Shown here: positions 1 through 11,577 of the stretch, one piece after another
Layout: every line of letters starts with the position of its first letter
Position numbering within the stretch: position 1 is the stretch's first letter
From: Takakia lepidozioides
Taxonomy: Eukaryota; Plantae; Bryophyta
Length of the DNA: 64,000 bases
Assembly (NCBI GenBank): GCA_030704615.1
Contig: CM060734.1
Location: 28,706,001 to 28,770,000, forward strand
Reading direction: 5' to 3'
Translations under genes and position numbers: made by a program
The notes under the pieces: generated by a model
What the model was told of the DNA's origin: nothing
Database searches by the model: none
The model's input: the letters and a program-made list of their open reading frames with translations, nothing else

Positions 1-3000
1 GGGCGTCCGAAATCGGAAGGCACTCAACACCAGGCTCTTGGAGCTAGAGCAGTACTTCCGGGCGGCCAAGTTGAGTGACGAGGATCGGGTGGAAGTGGCT
101 CCCACCTATTTGAGGGGCTATGCTCAACAATGGTGGCAGAAACGCCTTCACGACGAGGTCCAAGTCCGGAAACCTTGAACTGGAGTGGGTTCAAGGAATT
201 GATGAAGAGACAGTTTGTGCCCCTCAACGCGTCCTGGCTTGCCCAGGACAAGATGAGGAATTTGAAGCAAACAGATGACATTCGGGGGTATGTCCAGGCT
301 TTCAATGTGCTGTTGCTCGAAGTCGCGGACATGGCAGAACCAGAAATGGTCTTCAACTTTGTGGCGAGACTGGACCCATGGGCCAGGCGGAAGTTGGAGG
401 AGAAGCCACCCAAGACTTTGAACGAGGCAATTGAGAGGGCTGAATGTTTCTCGGATGTCCCTAGGGGTGAGAGACAAGGCCGTACGGAGCTGAACCACAA
501 GAAGACCCGGCGGGAAGGTGACTCCTTCCGACCGGAAAGAAGTGGGATAGGCCACGCGGCGATAATGGCACGTGGAAATCGAAGGGATGGCCTTCACACG
601 TCAAGGCGGCACCCGGTGCTTTGAAAGGAAAAGCGGGTGGAGCGGCTTATGGCGGACAGAAGGCAACCTTTGATGGAGTGTGTTTCAATTGCGGGGAGCC
701 CGGGCACATGGCCAAGAAGTGCACAAAACCTCGACAATTGAACATGACTCGGGCAACCACGGAGCTGTCGGAAGATACATCAGTCGCTTGGTGGAAGCGG
801 TGGTCGCCAGACTTGCAAGGTAGGCAACTATTCTTGTGAGTTGTATCAGGAAACTGGCGCCCTGCGTAAAGGGAGTCAGTTATTGTTCGTGGATGGGATA
901 ATATCCGGAACTAACGTGTCGTTGTTGGTGGACACAGGAGCGTCGCACTCCTTCATGATGCCGGCGGCGGCGCGAAAGTTGGGACTCCCGACAAGTGACG
1001 TGGGGGCCTCTATTGAGGTGCGCTCTGCCAAAGGAGAACCTCAGTTGGCGACAAGGTTGGCGTTTGATGTTCCTCTTCAACTGGGGAGTTGGGAGGGACG
1101 TGAGAACTTCACTATCTGCGAGATCGATGGAGTGGATCTCATTTTGGGGATGACCTTTTTGAGCAAATCCGGAGCGGTCATAGATGGCCGCAAGAGAGTA
1201 GTCACGCTGCCATGTGGGATGGTGGCGAGGTTTACGAGTGTCGGAAACGCCCAAATCCGTGGGAGGGCGAATAAACCTTCTGTCAGCAAAGGAGTGGGCC
1301 GTGGAGGAGGCACACGAGTCCCAGTTTTTGCTTTACATTAGAGAAGTGAAAGGAGAAGGCGATGGGGAGCCGAGCCCAGATTGAATCAAGGGGATTTTGG
1401 AGAAATACCAGGATGTGATGCCGGAGGATTTACCAAGCGGCTTGCCACCGCGAAGAGGAGTTGACCACAAGATTGAGGTGATACCGGGATCGGAACCGCC
1501 TGCCAAGGCGCCCTACCGGTTGAGCCACGGAGAGTTGGTCGAGCTGAAGACTCAGCTCAAGGATCTAATGTCAAAGGGGTACATCCGGCCGAGTAAGTCA
1601 CCTTACGGAGCCCCGGTGCTATTCGCAGACAAGAAGGATGGGACGCTGCGGATGTGTGTCGATTACAGGGCTTTGAATAAGGTGACTATTAAAAACCGGT
1701 ACCCTTTGCCAAGGATCGACGACCTTTTCGACCGGTTGGCAGGAGCGAAGTATTTCAGCCGGATCGACTTGCGCTCCGGCTATCATCAAATTCGGGTGGC
1801 GGAAGGAGATGAGGAGAAGACCGCGTGCAGGACAAGGTATGGTTCATATGAGTTCTTGGTGATGCCTTTTGGCTCACTAATGCACCGGCGACCTTTAGCA
1901 CGCTGATGAACAACCTTTTTCAGGAGTGGTTGGATGACTTTGTGATCGTGTACATCGACGACATCTTGGTGTACTCGAAAACAAAGGAGGAACACCTGGA
2001 GCACCTCAAAAGGGTGTTCCAAAAGTTGCGGGAAGGGAAGCTGTACGCCAAAGCTTCAAAATGCGAATTCGGGGTCACGAAAGTGGAGTTCTTGGGGCAT
2101 GTGATTACACAGGATGGGATCGAAATGGATGACAGAAAGGTGAGGGCGATCTTGGACTGGGAGCCTCCGACTTCGGTCCCGGGAGTGCGATCCTTCCTAG
2201 GACTCGCCTCCTATTACGGGAAGTATGTGAGAAATTTCGCCAAGATCGCGGGGCCGCTGTCGGACCTTCTGTGTAAATCCAAAGTCTGGGTATGGAACAC
2301 ATTTTGTGGCCAAGCTTTTGCTGAATTGAAGTAGCGGATGGCGGAAGCTCCAGTCTTGAAAATCCCGGAGTTCGATCGTCCATTTGAGATTCATACAGAT
2401 GCGTCGGACTTCGCGATTGGGGGTGTACTTATGCAAGATGAACGTCCAGTGGCTTACGAAAGTAAGAAACTGAATGAAGTGGAGCGACGGTGGCCGACGC
2501 ACGAAAAAGAGATGAAGGCGGTGGTGCACTGTCTTGAGCTTTGGCGCCACTATGTTGGTTCCAACCCAGTGAAGGTGTTCACGGACAATGTCACGGTGAA
2601 GTATTTTGCCACGCAGCCCAAGTTGTCCCCAAAACAACTTAGGTGGCAAGATACTTTGGCAGTGTTCGACGTGGATATCCAGTACAAACCGGGACGAGAC
2701 AACGTGGTGGCCGATGCTTTAAGTAGAAAGCAGCAGCTCTTGTTGGTGTACAAGGCGAGACGGTGCTCCAAAGGAAGATCCGGAAGGCTTACCGGAAGGA
2801 TGAGCTGGCGAAGTCCGTGATGCAGGACTTGAGGATGGGGTTTAAATCGCAGTTCCACTTGCAAAATGGATTGCTCCAGTATAAGCAAAAACGTCTCTAC
2901 GTGCCAAAGGGAGCGATCAGAGATAGCCTCTTGAGAGAATGCCATGATAGCCCGCTTGCGGGCCACGGCGGAGCCAAGCGCACTGCGGCACTCTTGAAGA

Positions 3001-4216
3001 AAGAGTATTTCTGGCCCAAACTGAGGGAGGAGGCAGAGGAGTATGTCAAGACATGCACCACATGCCAACAAAACGGAGCGAGTACAAAAAGCAAGCGGGG
3101 CTGTTACAACCCTTGCCGATTCCAGAGGGGACTTGGGAAAGCGTCTCGATGGATTTCATGACTACTATGCCGCTGTCAAAAGGATTCGATGCAATCATGG
3201 TGGTGGTAGATAGGTTCAGTAAAATGGGCCATTTCATCCCCACCAAGGAGACGGCAACGGCGCAAGAGACAGGGCGACTTTACTTCGCCCACGTCTTAAA
3301 GCATCATGGAGTCAAGAAGGATATTGTCTCGAATCGCGATCCAAAGTTTACGAGTAAATTTTGGAGGATACTTTGGAAGAAAATGGGGACGAGGCTGAAG
3401 ATGAGCACCGCCTTCCGACCTACGACGGACGGCCAAACGGAAAGAGTGAATTCCGTAGTGAAGCAATTCTTGCGGAATTACGTGTCGGCAGACCAATCAG
3501 AGTGGATGGAACACTTAGACGCGGCAGAGTTCTGCTATAATAACACAGAACACTCCGCAACGGGAGTTTCCCCTTTTGTATTGGTCTATGGAAAAGCACC
3601 TCTGGTGCCGACAAGTTGGGCCGCCCAGGACGTTGAGGAACCGGCAGTAGCGGCGGTACTGGAAGAACGCGAGCGTTTGTTGAAGCTCGCAAAGTACAAC
3701 ATTGCTAAAGCTAGGAAACGGTATGAAAGGCAGGCGAATCGGAAGCGGAGGGAAGTGAAGTTTGAGGCAGGCACAGAGGTCTGGTTGAACATCAAGAATT
3801 TCCGACTACCTCCGGAAGTGAGTCCGAAGTTCGTACCTCCGTATGCGGGACCCTTTCGCATTCGGAAGGTTATGAATGAGGATGTGTATGAATTGGAGCT
3901 GCAAGCAAACAGCAAGGTGCACCCAGTATTCCATGTCTCCCTTTTGAAGCCTTACTTCAAAGATGAAGCGCGTCCGAATCGACATCAAGTGTTGCGTCCG
4001 CCACCTATGCTGTTGGATCATGAAAATGAACCTGAGTACGAGGTGGAGGCAATACTTAAGTCAAGGAGGTTCAAGAACCGAGAAACGGAGTATCTCGTCA
4101 AATGGAAGGGCTATCATCATGTGGAGGCATCTTGGGTGCGTGCCTCAGAAATGGGAAACGCATCCGAGGCGGTTGCAGCTTTCGAAGGGCGACCTCAAAA
4201 GCGGAAGAAACGTTGA
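1..4216 (+). pseudogene. gag-pol of the chromovirus, broken by several frameshifts and stops
   Basis: Consecutive ORF pieces 130-624, 621-839, 841-1341, 1397-1906, 1906-2334, 2338-2820, 2763-3161, 3053-4216 carry successive domains in changing frames. Confidence 0.92.
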
Positions 4217-4250
4217 TGGGGACATCAACCTTGGAGCGTGGGGGAGGAAA

Positions 4251-5836
4251 TGCATGCTTAGCCCGGCGTAGCTAGCTTAGGAATCCGATTACAAAAACTT
4301 GTATTGTACAAAAAATTTGTTATAAAGGAACTGGGTTCCAAATGTTGTGCGTCCTATTTTGTTTGGAATGGTGATGCATGGTATGGTTGGCTAGTGTGTA
4401 GAATGCATGCTAGCTTATAAAAGTGGGAGAGGTAAATTGGGTTAATCGTGTGTTTGCGTAGTGCCGAAATCGGGTGACCCCCATCCAAGGGGCAAGGAAA
4501 CTTGCGACTTCTTTGGGAGTTCACGTGCTAGTGCGCACCTGGCGCATGCGCGTACTATAATTGCACTACTGAGGGGGTTGCCTTGTAGTGCGGGCTAACG
4601 CGGAAGCTACGTGCTTCCGTTCACGTACTATAATCGTGTAGCCTCGGGACGAAGTCGTAGTGCGGCTTCGGCGTGTTCCCGTACCTCAGGCCAGCATTCC
4701 AAGGCGGACCCAATCGTAGTGATTGGGGCGTATGGTTGGTTCAAGGTTATCTTCCTAGTCAAAGAGGGTTCCAGGTGAACCCTTGCTCAAGGTGATGCAA
4801 AAGCGGCATCATGAGCAGTCGCAAGCAATGTTGTTGCAGTAAGGCGATTCGATCCTCAAGGCCTTCCTTGGCCTTGAAGTAGGCCAAGAAGACTGCACTG
4901 GGAGGAGCTTGAAAGGCTCCACCCTTGGCCGGGACTTGGAGGAAGTCGGCCGAACTAGCTAGTGGAGAGTAGAGTCAAGTGTGGGGTTTGGTTCTTTGCC
5001 ATGGGACGCCATGGTACGGAAACAAACTCCTTGATGTGGGACGCCACAACTTGGATGTTCGTTTCTACAAAATGGACAAGTCGATGAGGACATCGACTCC
5101 CTGTTGGTAGGGGTGTGTGTCGCGGCCCTTTGCCTTGAGGGCAGGGGGTCGGGACACATGAGGGGCTGCCCCTGTGGTGGGGGCAGCGGCAGCGATAGGT
5201 ATGGGGGCTGAAGCACCCTTGAGTGCCCAAGGCACTCAAGGAGGCGGAGGCGCTCACTAGGTGGAGCCCCGCACACCGGGTTGCGGTGGGGGTGGCTCCA
5301 CAAGGGGTGGTGGTAGCTTAGCGGGACTTAGTGGGGGTGGCATAGGACTCACCATGGGGGCGGAGACCTCGTGGTGGGAGTCGTGGGGAGTCTTGGGACT
5401 CATCACGGTCCATAGGGGCCGTGGTGAGTGGGCCAACTCACCGCGACTCATCACCGGAGTCGAGGGTTTTCGTGGTGGTTCGCCATAAAATGGCATGGCT
5501 GGTTGTGAAACCCCGCGGACAGCTACAGAAGTATATATAGGGAGTAGTAACCCCGAGAACGGTGCAAGCCCGTTGGTGACCAAAACTAGTGAGTAAGCGA
5601 GCGAGCCGGAAAGCGACCAAAGAGTGGGGAGCTGTTCCGGACTGCCATCTACCAAAGGGAATTCTCCTAGTCCCAAATAGGTGGAGGGTTTAGAGGGAAG
5701 CGAAGGGGACCGTTATGTCCCGGTGAGCAGCCGAAGCTCCAAGTTGGCCCGGGCGGCCAGGTTGGGAGTCAGGCGCGCGCATCAAAGCGAGTAACTATGA
5801 TTTGAAGGGGAGCTTACCGAATTGAGGTGCGCGACA
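4251..5836 (+). repeat. 3' LTR of the chromovirus (~1.6 kb)
   Basis: Starts TG right after purine tract GGGGGAGGAAA (4240-4250); ends GCGCGACA at the point where unrelated Mutator sequence begins. No partner LTR in the window to confirm it. Confidence 0.65.
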
Positions 5837-7832
5837 CACTTTGGATTTCTCATAACAGAGCTTATCAAGCCTCCAGATTCCTCGTAAGAGGCAAAAACAA
5901 TGCAGAACAACTGAATGTCTGCATTGACATTCAGCAAAATGAGTGAGGAACTCACTTACCTCTATGGACATACAATTTACATACTCTGAGGACCTCTCAA
6001 CAACTCCGTATGTGATGTCGTCAACGCCATTCAAGACATTATCAATTCTAATCAGGGACAATATAATTGCACCCTTAGATCCTAACCAGTGGAATTCATA
6101 TACTCGCTTAAGAATGACTCAGACAAAGAAGTGAATGTCGTCAACGACATTCAATCTGGATCTAAGATTGCAATCCATATGAAACCACATTTTTTCCCAA
6201 AAAAAACAATAGAGTTTCAAGTATGACATTGCACATGTACACAACTCGCATCATGGCCCACTCTCCTCCAACCTGACTGTCAAAGTCGTTGGACCGTAAA
6301 ATGTTTCCCATCTTTGGAGAACTCCGGAAAAACAGTATCTCCAGGTGAGACCTCTCCACTTCCTTATGTATGCCTCCAATGACATTTGGGAGGGGAAACA
6401 ATCGAAATGTTCAGGTCCTTCAAAGTCTGATTCAGCACAATGACGGCGCGCTTTTCGAGCTGCAAATAGTATATTTGTCAGAATTGCAAATAAGATACTC
6501 ATCACATACTTGAAGAGAAGAAAACAGCATGTTTGAATACACACCTGACTCCAAAATGTAGCCTAACACCAAATCACTGATTCCTTCCACCTTTGTGCCA
6601 GGCTGTATGGTGCTCTTTGGAACTGATTCAAGTCCTTTACTGTTTGATCTGAGTTCCATAATCTCCAGCCACCTTATTTTTGTTTGTGGGTCGACCATCG
6701 ATATGGCCAGCCGGTGCAGTTCTCCTGCTGCATCTCAGGATGCACATGCTTGTCATAGTGTTTTGATCTGCCTGAAGGAACTCAGGACCAAGTCCAGGAT
6801 CTACTATTCTAAGCTGCTTTCCGAAGGCGGACATCAAATTCGGTTCTTCGCATTTCAAACTCCTTCTTTATTGCAGCTTCCACACCCTTTGATGTCCTTA
6901 GTTCTTCTTCTGGTGTAGTGCGGTAATATTCGGATTTTCCCTTCTCAGCTGCCTCTGCCAGTTCTTTTGCTGCATTGATTCAAGTAGTGATTAGCTGGCT
7001 ACAAACATGTATTCGAAAAGTAAACAGAGTACAGACTCGGCTTACCGCATACATGTACTCCAGAAACGCCTCTCGTGTCAAAGAATACCAAGTGCCTGCA
7101 GCTCTTCCTGTTTCGCACTTCTTGATGATATTGGGTGGTAGTACTGTCCGAAAATCATCCAGTTTCATCAGACCAATCCTCTGAATTCGGAATAGTGTGT
7201 GAACTAAGCTTGTTGTCACATGCGATTTCTCTGTCGATCTGCAAAAACATTGGAAACATTGCATTCCTTAACACTGTTTTTTGAGGATTAATAAGACACT
7301 ACAGACGGAATGAAATCTCCTGGATGACTTACTTGTTCACGTCGTGCATAGCTGTAAGAAGCCTAGCGATGTCGTTTCCAGGATCCAAAACCATTGCCTC
7401 CACAGCAACATGCTTGTTTTTGTCTTTCGAATGGTGTTTCTGAATGTATCCCATCCATGCCAGCAATCGGTGGTTGCCGTCCCAGACGTAGAACATGTGG
7501 TTGCAGAATTGTTGGGTGTTCTTTCCCATCATGAGGCCCAGCTCGAACTCCTCATTGGCATCTTTCCAGCACTCATCCCAGTTATCACTGATCTCTGGAG
7601 ACACTAATGTGCTTTTCCCATTTATATCCGTCAGTGACACATAAAAAACTTGTGCACCAAGTCTATATCCATGCACAAAATCACTCTCCAATTTTGTTAT
7701 ATCATGGGAAAGAGGTGGACGCACAACAGGCATTGATATCATCCAGCACAGAGGTATGTCCAGACGCCCTCCAGATACGAGCATGTCCCTTATAACCTCC
7801 TGAGAGTTTACCTTCTGGAATGACATGAGTTC
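5837..7832 (-). pseudogene. Fragment (copy alpha) of the ParB-like/methyltransferase gene of the Mutator-like element, including the ParB/Srx-like exon
   Basis: Near-identical to 46161-47384; ORF 7329-7838 contains FYVWDGNHRLLAW; retains ~790 bp of exons and introns (~6507-7295) that are deleted in the 46-47 kb copy. Confidence 0.85.
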
Positions 7833-8189
7833 TGTCAAGTTAAATAAGCACAGTGTGAAAACAGCTAGAATAAAACTAGTTATTTGTATTTAACACTTGG
7901 ATTTAGGTCAAGTGTTAAATCAGGTGTCAAGTTTAGTTTGACACCTGGTCCGTCTTATCTTCACGAGAGCGGCAGTCGCGCAGCTCATCTCTCTCGAGTT
8001 GAGCCTGCGCGACCGAGCTCCTTCATCGATTCAGATATGAGTGTGCTTATGATGGGAGTGTAGGTTGTTGTGGGGTGGAGTCCCCATAGCTTGGGGTGCC
8101 CCTGGCTCGACTTCTGTTTCAATGAGTGATAGTGATGGATTTCATATTTCTTGTGTTGGGAGTGTGTGTCCTTCTTAGCTTGTTTATCA
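7833..8189 (+). repeat. Terminal repeat A1 (paired with A2 at 19261-19620)
   Basis: First ~185 bp nearly identical to 19261 onward, 3' half patchily diverged; both end TTATCA; contains several hairpins. Confidence 0.92.
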
Positions 8190-8205
8190 CTCGAGAGAGA
8201 TGAGC
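8190..8205 (+). promoter_or_regulatory. Self-complementary primer-binding site (pairs with 7983-7998)
   Basis: CTCGAGAGAGATGAGC is the exact reverse complement of GCTCATCTCTCTCGAG inside A1; no TGG tRNA-type PBS. Confidence 0.8.
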
Positions 8206-8360
8206 GTTATCTAGTGTGCTGGTGCTAAGCTAGATACAATGTTTGTTTTTAGCACTATTATAATAATATTTTGGGGCAGGAGTCCATCTGGCCCTGCTGT
8301 TGCCATGGGCTGTGCGCGCAGATTTAGTTGTCGTCTTGCGCGTGAGTTTGAAAACCAAGA

Positions 8361-8785
<425 letters not shown>

Positions 8786-10020
8786 TAACCGAATTTGTGG
8801 CCGCTTGAGCAGGAAGTAGGGAATAATCAGGTGTACAAGTCATGTGGGGCCTCTCTGTTTCGAGAGAGACGTCTTCAAGATCAACACTCGCTTGTGAGGG
8901 AGCGGGAGCCAGCGCAAGGCAGGGGAGGTGAATCAATCCAGAGACGGCGTTCTCTGAGAGGTGAATGCCATCGGAGATACACTGTCCACAAACTGCATCC
9001 TGAAGAGATTGTCTGCCCAGAACGTAGCGGTAAATTGCGAGCTGGGTTGCAGTGTTAGGCAACTCGATGTCGGGGGCTGCTGCAGAGCGGCAGAGCGGCA
9101 GATGCACTCCAAAGTAGTGGTTTGCAGGAAGAGAAGTAGCAGCTCATGTGGTTTGAGGGTCAGGCCCGCAAGAAGACTTACAGTTATCTAGTTATAACGT
9201 TCTGAATCACATGTCCGTCTGCACCATGGGGAGTCCGGTCTCATTAAGGGGGCCAGCTTGAAGCGCAGGTCACTGGGCTGTGTGTGTGCCATCCATTACT
9301 TAGGTATGTGGGCCTCAGGAACAAACAGCAGGGTGAAGCGTGGCGATTTCTCATGCTCCCCTTTCCATCGCGTCCCGGCCTCAGCCCACAACGGTGGTGG
9401 TGAGAGCTGTGGCAGCTAGTGCGGAAGTACAGAAGAAAGTGGGAAAGTTTGGATGGTGACATAGACTACCTTACCAGGTCTACGAGACTTGTCCAGTGGT
9501 ATCTGGGCACATTGCCAAAGCGGAAAGATCAATCAAGGAGCTATAAGATCAAAGCCTTGCGGATGTTGGGGTGCCGTGCTGGCTTGTGTCGCTAGCAAGA
9601 AAGCCCTGGTGTTTATGCTGGGAGGCGAATACACCCTGATACAGTGTCTGCCACAGGCACTTGAGAGTGAGCGTGCATCCCTTAGAGAACCCCCAGAACT
9701 TCCAGAATGGTCAAACTGATGGTGAGAGTCCATAACCACGCCATCTGCAGATGCTCGTGATACATCACCTGTCTCTACTCATCTGCTCCTTGAGTTCCTC
9801 TGTCACCTCCATGACAGCTAAAACAGGATCTCTAATCACCTACATTGAAGAGGCTGAGTTGACAGTCCGTGCCGGATCTATCCCTTGGCTGGTTAAAGAT
9901 GTTCAAGCCTCCAAGGGCACTATGAAATCTCACTGCGAGGTCCTGTGGGGGGAGGGGAACGGCCTCGGGAACCGTAGATAACCTGGGAACAGGTTGTACC
10001 GGCGAGAACGTTTTGGTGTT

Positions 10021-10068
10021 AAAAAAAAAATTAAAAAAAAAAAAAAGAAAAAAAAAAAAAAAAAAAAA
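10021..10068 (+). repeat. Poly(A)-like tract within the retrotransposon 5' region
   Basis: ~48 nt almost pure A. Confidence 0.9.
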
Positions 10069-11327
10069 TGTTTATGTTTAAAGAGCCTGGTTGGTCATAT
10101 CTTTGTCAAATGGACTCTGTTTGACCCAGTTTTTGAGGGGATAGCTGCAGAAAGGGGAAATCTACCAATCTAGACCTGGTTTTGTTTTTGGGACTCTGCT
10201 AAAAATCTATGGAATTTTTAGAGTGTGAGTGTGCCATGAAAGATCCACAATTCTGTTTCTAGAACCTGTGCTGGTCTATATGAGAGACAAATTGGTGGAT
10301 GTACTCCTTGCATGGCTGGGGGAAATGAGGACGTAATTGAAGGGCAGGTCTCTTCTCTTAGTCTGTGCACACAAGGGGACAGGATTTATGTTTCCCAAGG
10401 AACTCAGACTGATTTGAGTGGAGAACAGTTGGACGAGTTGATTGCATACTGGGAGTCAGGCATAGCAGCAGTAGACAACAGACTGCTGTAGTTGGCATTG
10501 AGGGCCTCAATATCGCCTTGGACAGTCAGAACTCTGTTGGAGCCAGCAGTTCTGCAGCTGTAGGTGAAATACCAAAGTGGGTGAAAGCTAGGCTTGGAAC
10601 ACAGCCAAAGACAGCCCGGGGACCAAGGTGTTCAGCCACAAGGCCGTGGTGTACTGGAGCAGAGGAGCAGGAGCTACACAGTTTGTGCAATCAGACATGG
10701 TTGCAGCCGGATACGCTCTGCACAGGGCAACCACGAGCGGGGGTTCATCAGCAATGACATGTTTGTTGTGTGTGAAGGAGATGCAGTCATTCGCAATGAG
10801 GACACCCGCAACCGTCTCAAAGCTTTCGAGTTGAGAGACTATCAGACCCTACCTTTGTTTTCTTTAGTGTTCAGTGAGCGGGAGATAGGGAGTATTGCTT
10901 TGTCTCTACCTGGCAGAAAGAGGAGGAGGGTTGGTTAGAGCGAGCTACTGTAGCTTGGGACAAGGTTAGTGGCAGGTTTCTGGACATAGATATACCTCCT
11001 ACACCTTACCATCATGCAGAGCGAGGCACTTTGAGAGAAGTCTGGCAGTTGATAGCATAGATCAGGATTAGATCTTGCTTGGTCGGGCTTCTATTCTTCC
11101 CTCCATCTCTGTACTATTTTCATTACCTTGTACTTGTAGTTGCCAAAGCCTCTCTTGGTGGAGGCCAGTCAGTCCGGGGTTTTGGGCTGGGCTATTCTGC
11201 AGGATCAGCATTGCAGCTGGATTTTGGTGTGGGGGTGTTGATGTTTTGATTTCTTGTGTTTGGATCCCCCCCAACACCTGCATGCTTGACTGTGCGCCAT
11301 GTTGTTTTGTGTGGGCGCTTGCTTTCA

Positions 11328-11462
11328 TAGGGATTAGGCCGGATTTGATCACCGGTCAATCCTAGAGTATGCTGTCGGTGGTGAGGCTGGAGTGATGACC
11401 AGCAAGACCACCAGTGTTTCTTCTATGGTGAGGCTGGGTTGATGACCAGCCAACCATAGGAG
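11328..11462 (+). promoter_or_regulatory. Three tandem conserved stem-loops upstream of gag (putative packaging/dimerisation signal)
   Basis: Hairpins with loops ATTTGATCA, AGTGATGA and GTTGATGA; conserved with a compensatory change at 38369-38502. Confidence 0.6.
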
Positions 11463-11577
11463 TTCTTGCGGTGGATGCAGGTGCAGGTGCCCTGAGCCAT
11501 TGGGATATGACCCTTAAACTGCAACAGGTGCCCACCCGTGTCACTATTAGATTAGTACTAGAGCCTTATAGTGTCAC

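Larger units (their letters stand above)
1..5836 (+). mobile_element. Decayed Ty3/Gypsy chromovirus LTR retrotransposon; 5' part lies outside the window; inserted into an intron of the Mutator-like element
   Basis: Order gag (Zn knuckle CFNCGEPGHMAKKC) - PR (LVDTGAS) - RT (YIDD) - RNase H (TDASD) - IN - chromodomain (YEVEAIL..YLVKWKGY); PPT then TG-starting LTR; homology to the Mutator-like element (46161 onward) resumes exactly at 5837. Confidence 0.93.

Noticed and set aside
5771-5784. GCGCGCATCA as the chromovirus LTR end
   Set aside because: Mutator homology begins exactly at 5837 after GCGCGACA, which is a better boundary
9480-10830. Further named gene fragments in the cargo region (e.g. 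FBPase-like DMVAAGYAL)
   Set aside because: Matches too short to assign without a search
11385-11450. TGATGA loops as a hammerhead ribozyme or C/D-box snoRNA
   Set aside because: No CTGATGA plus GAAA core and no properly placed D box
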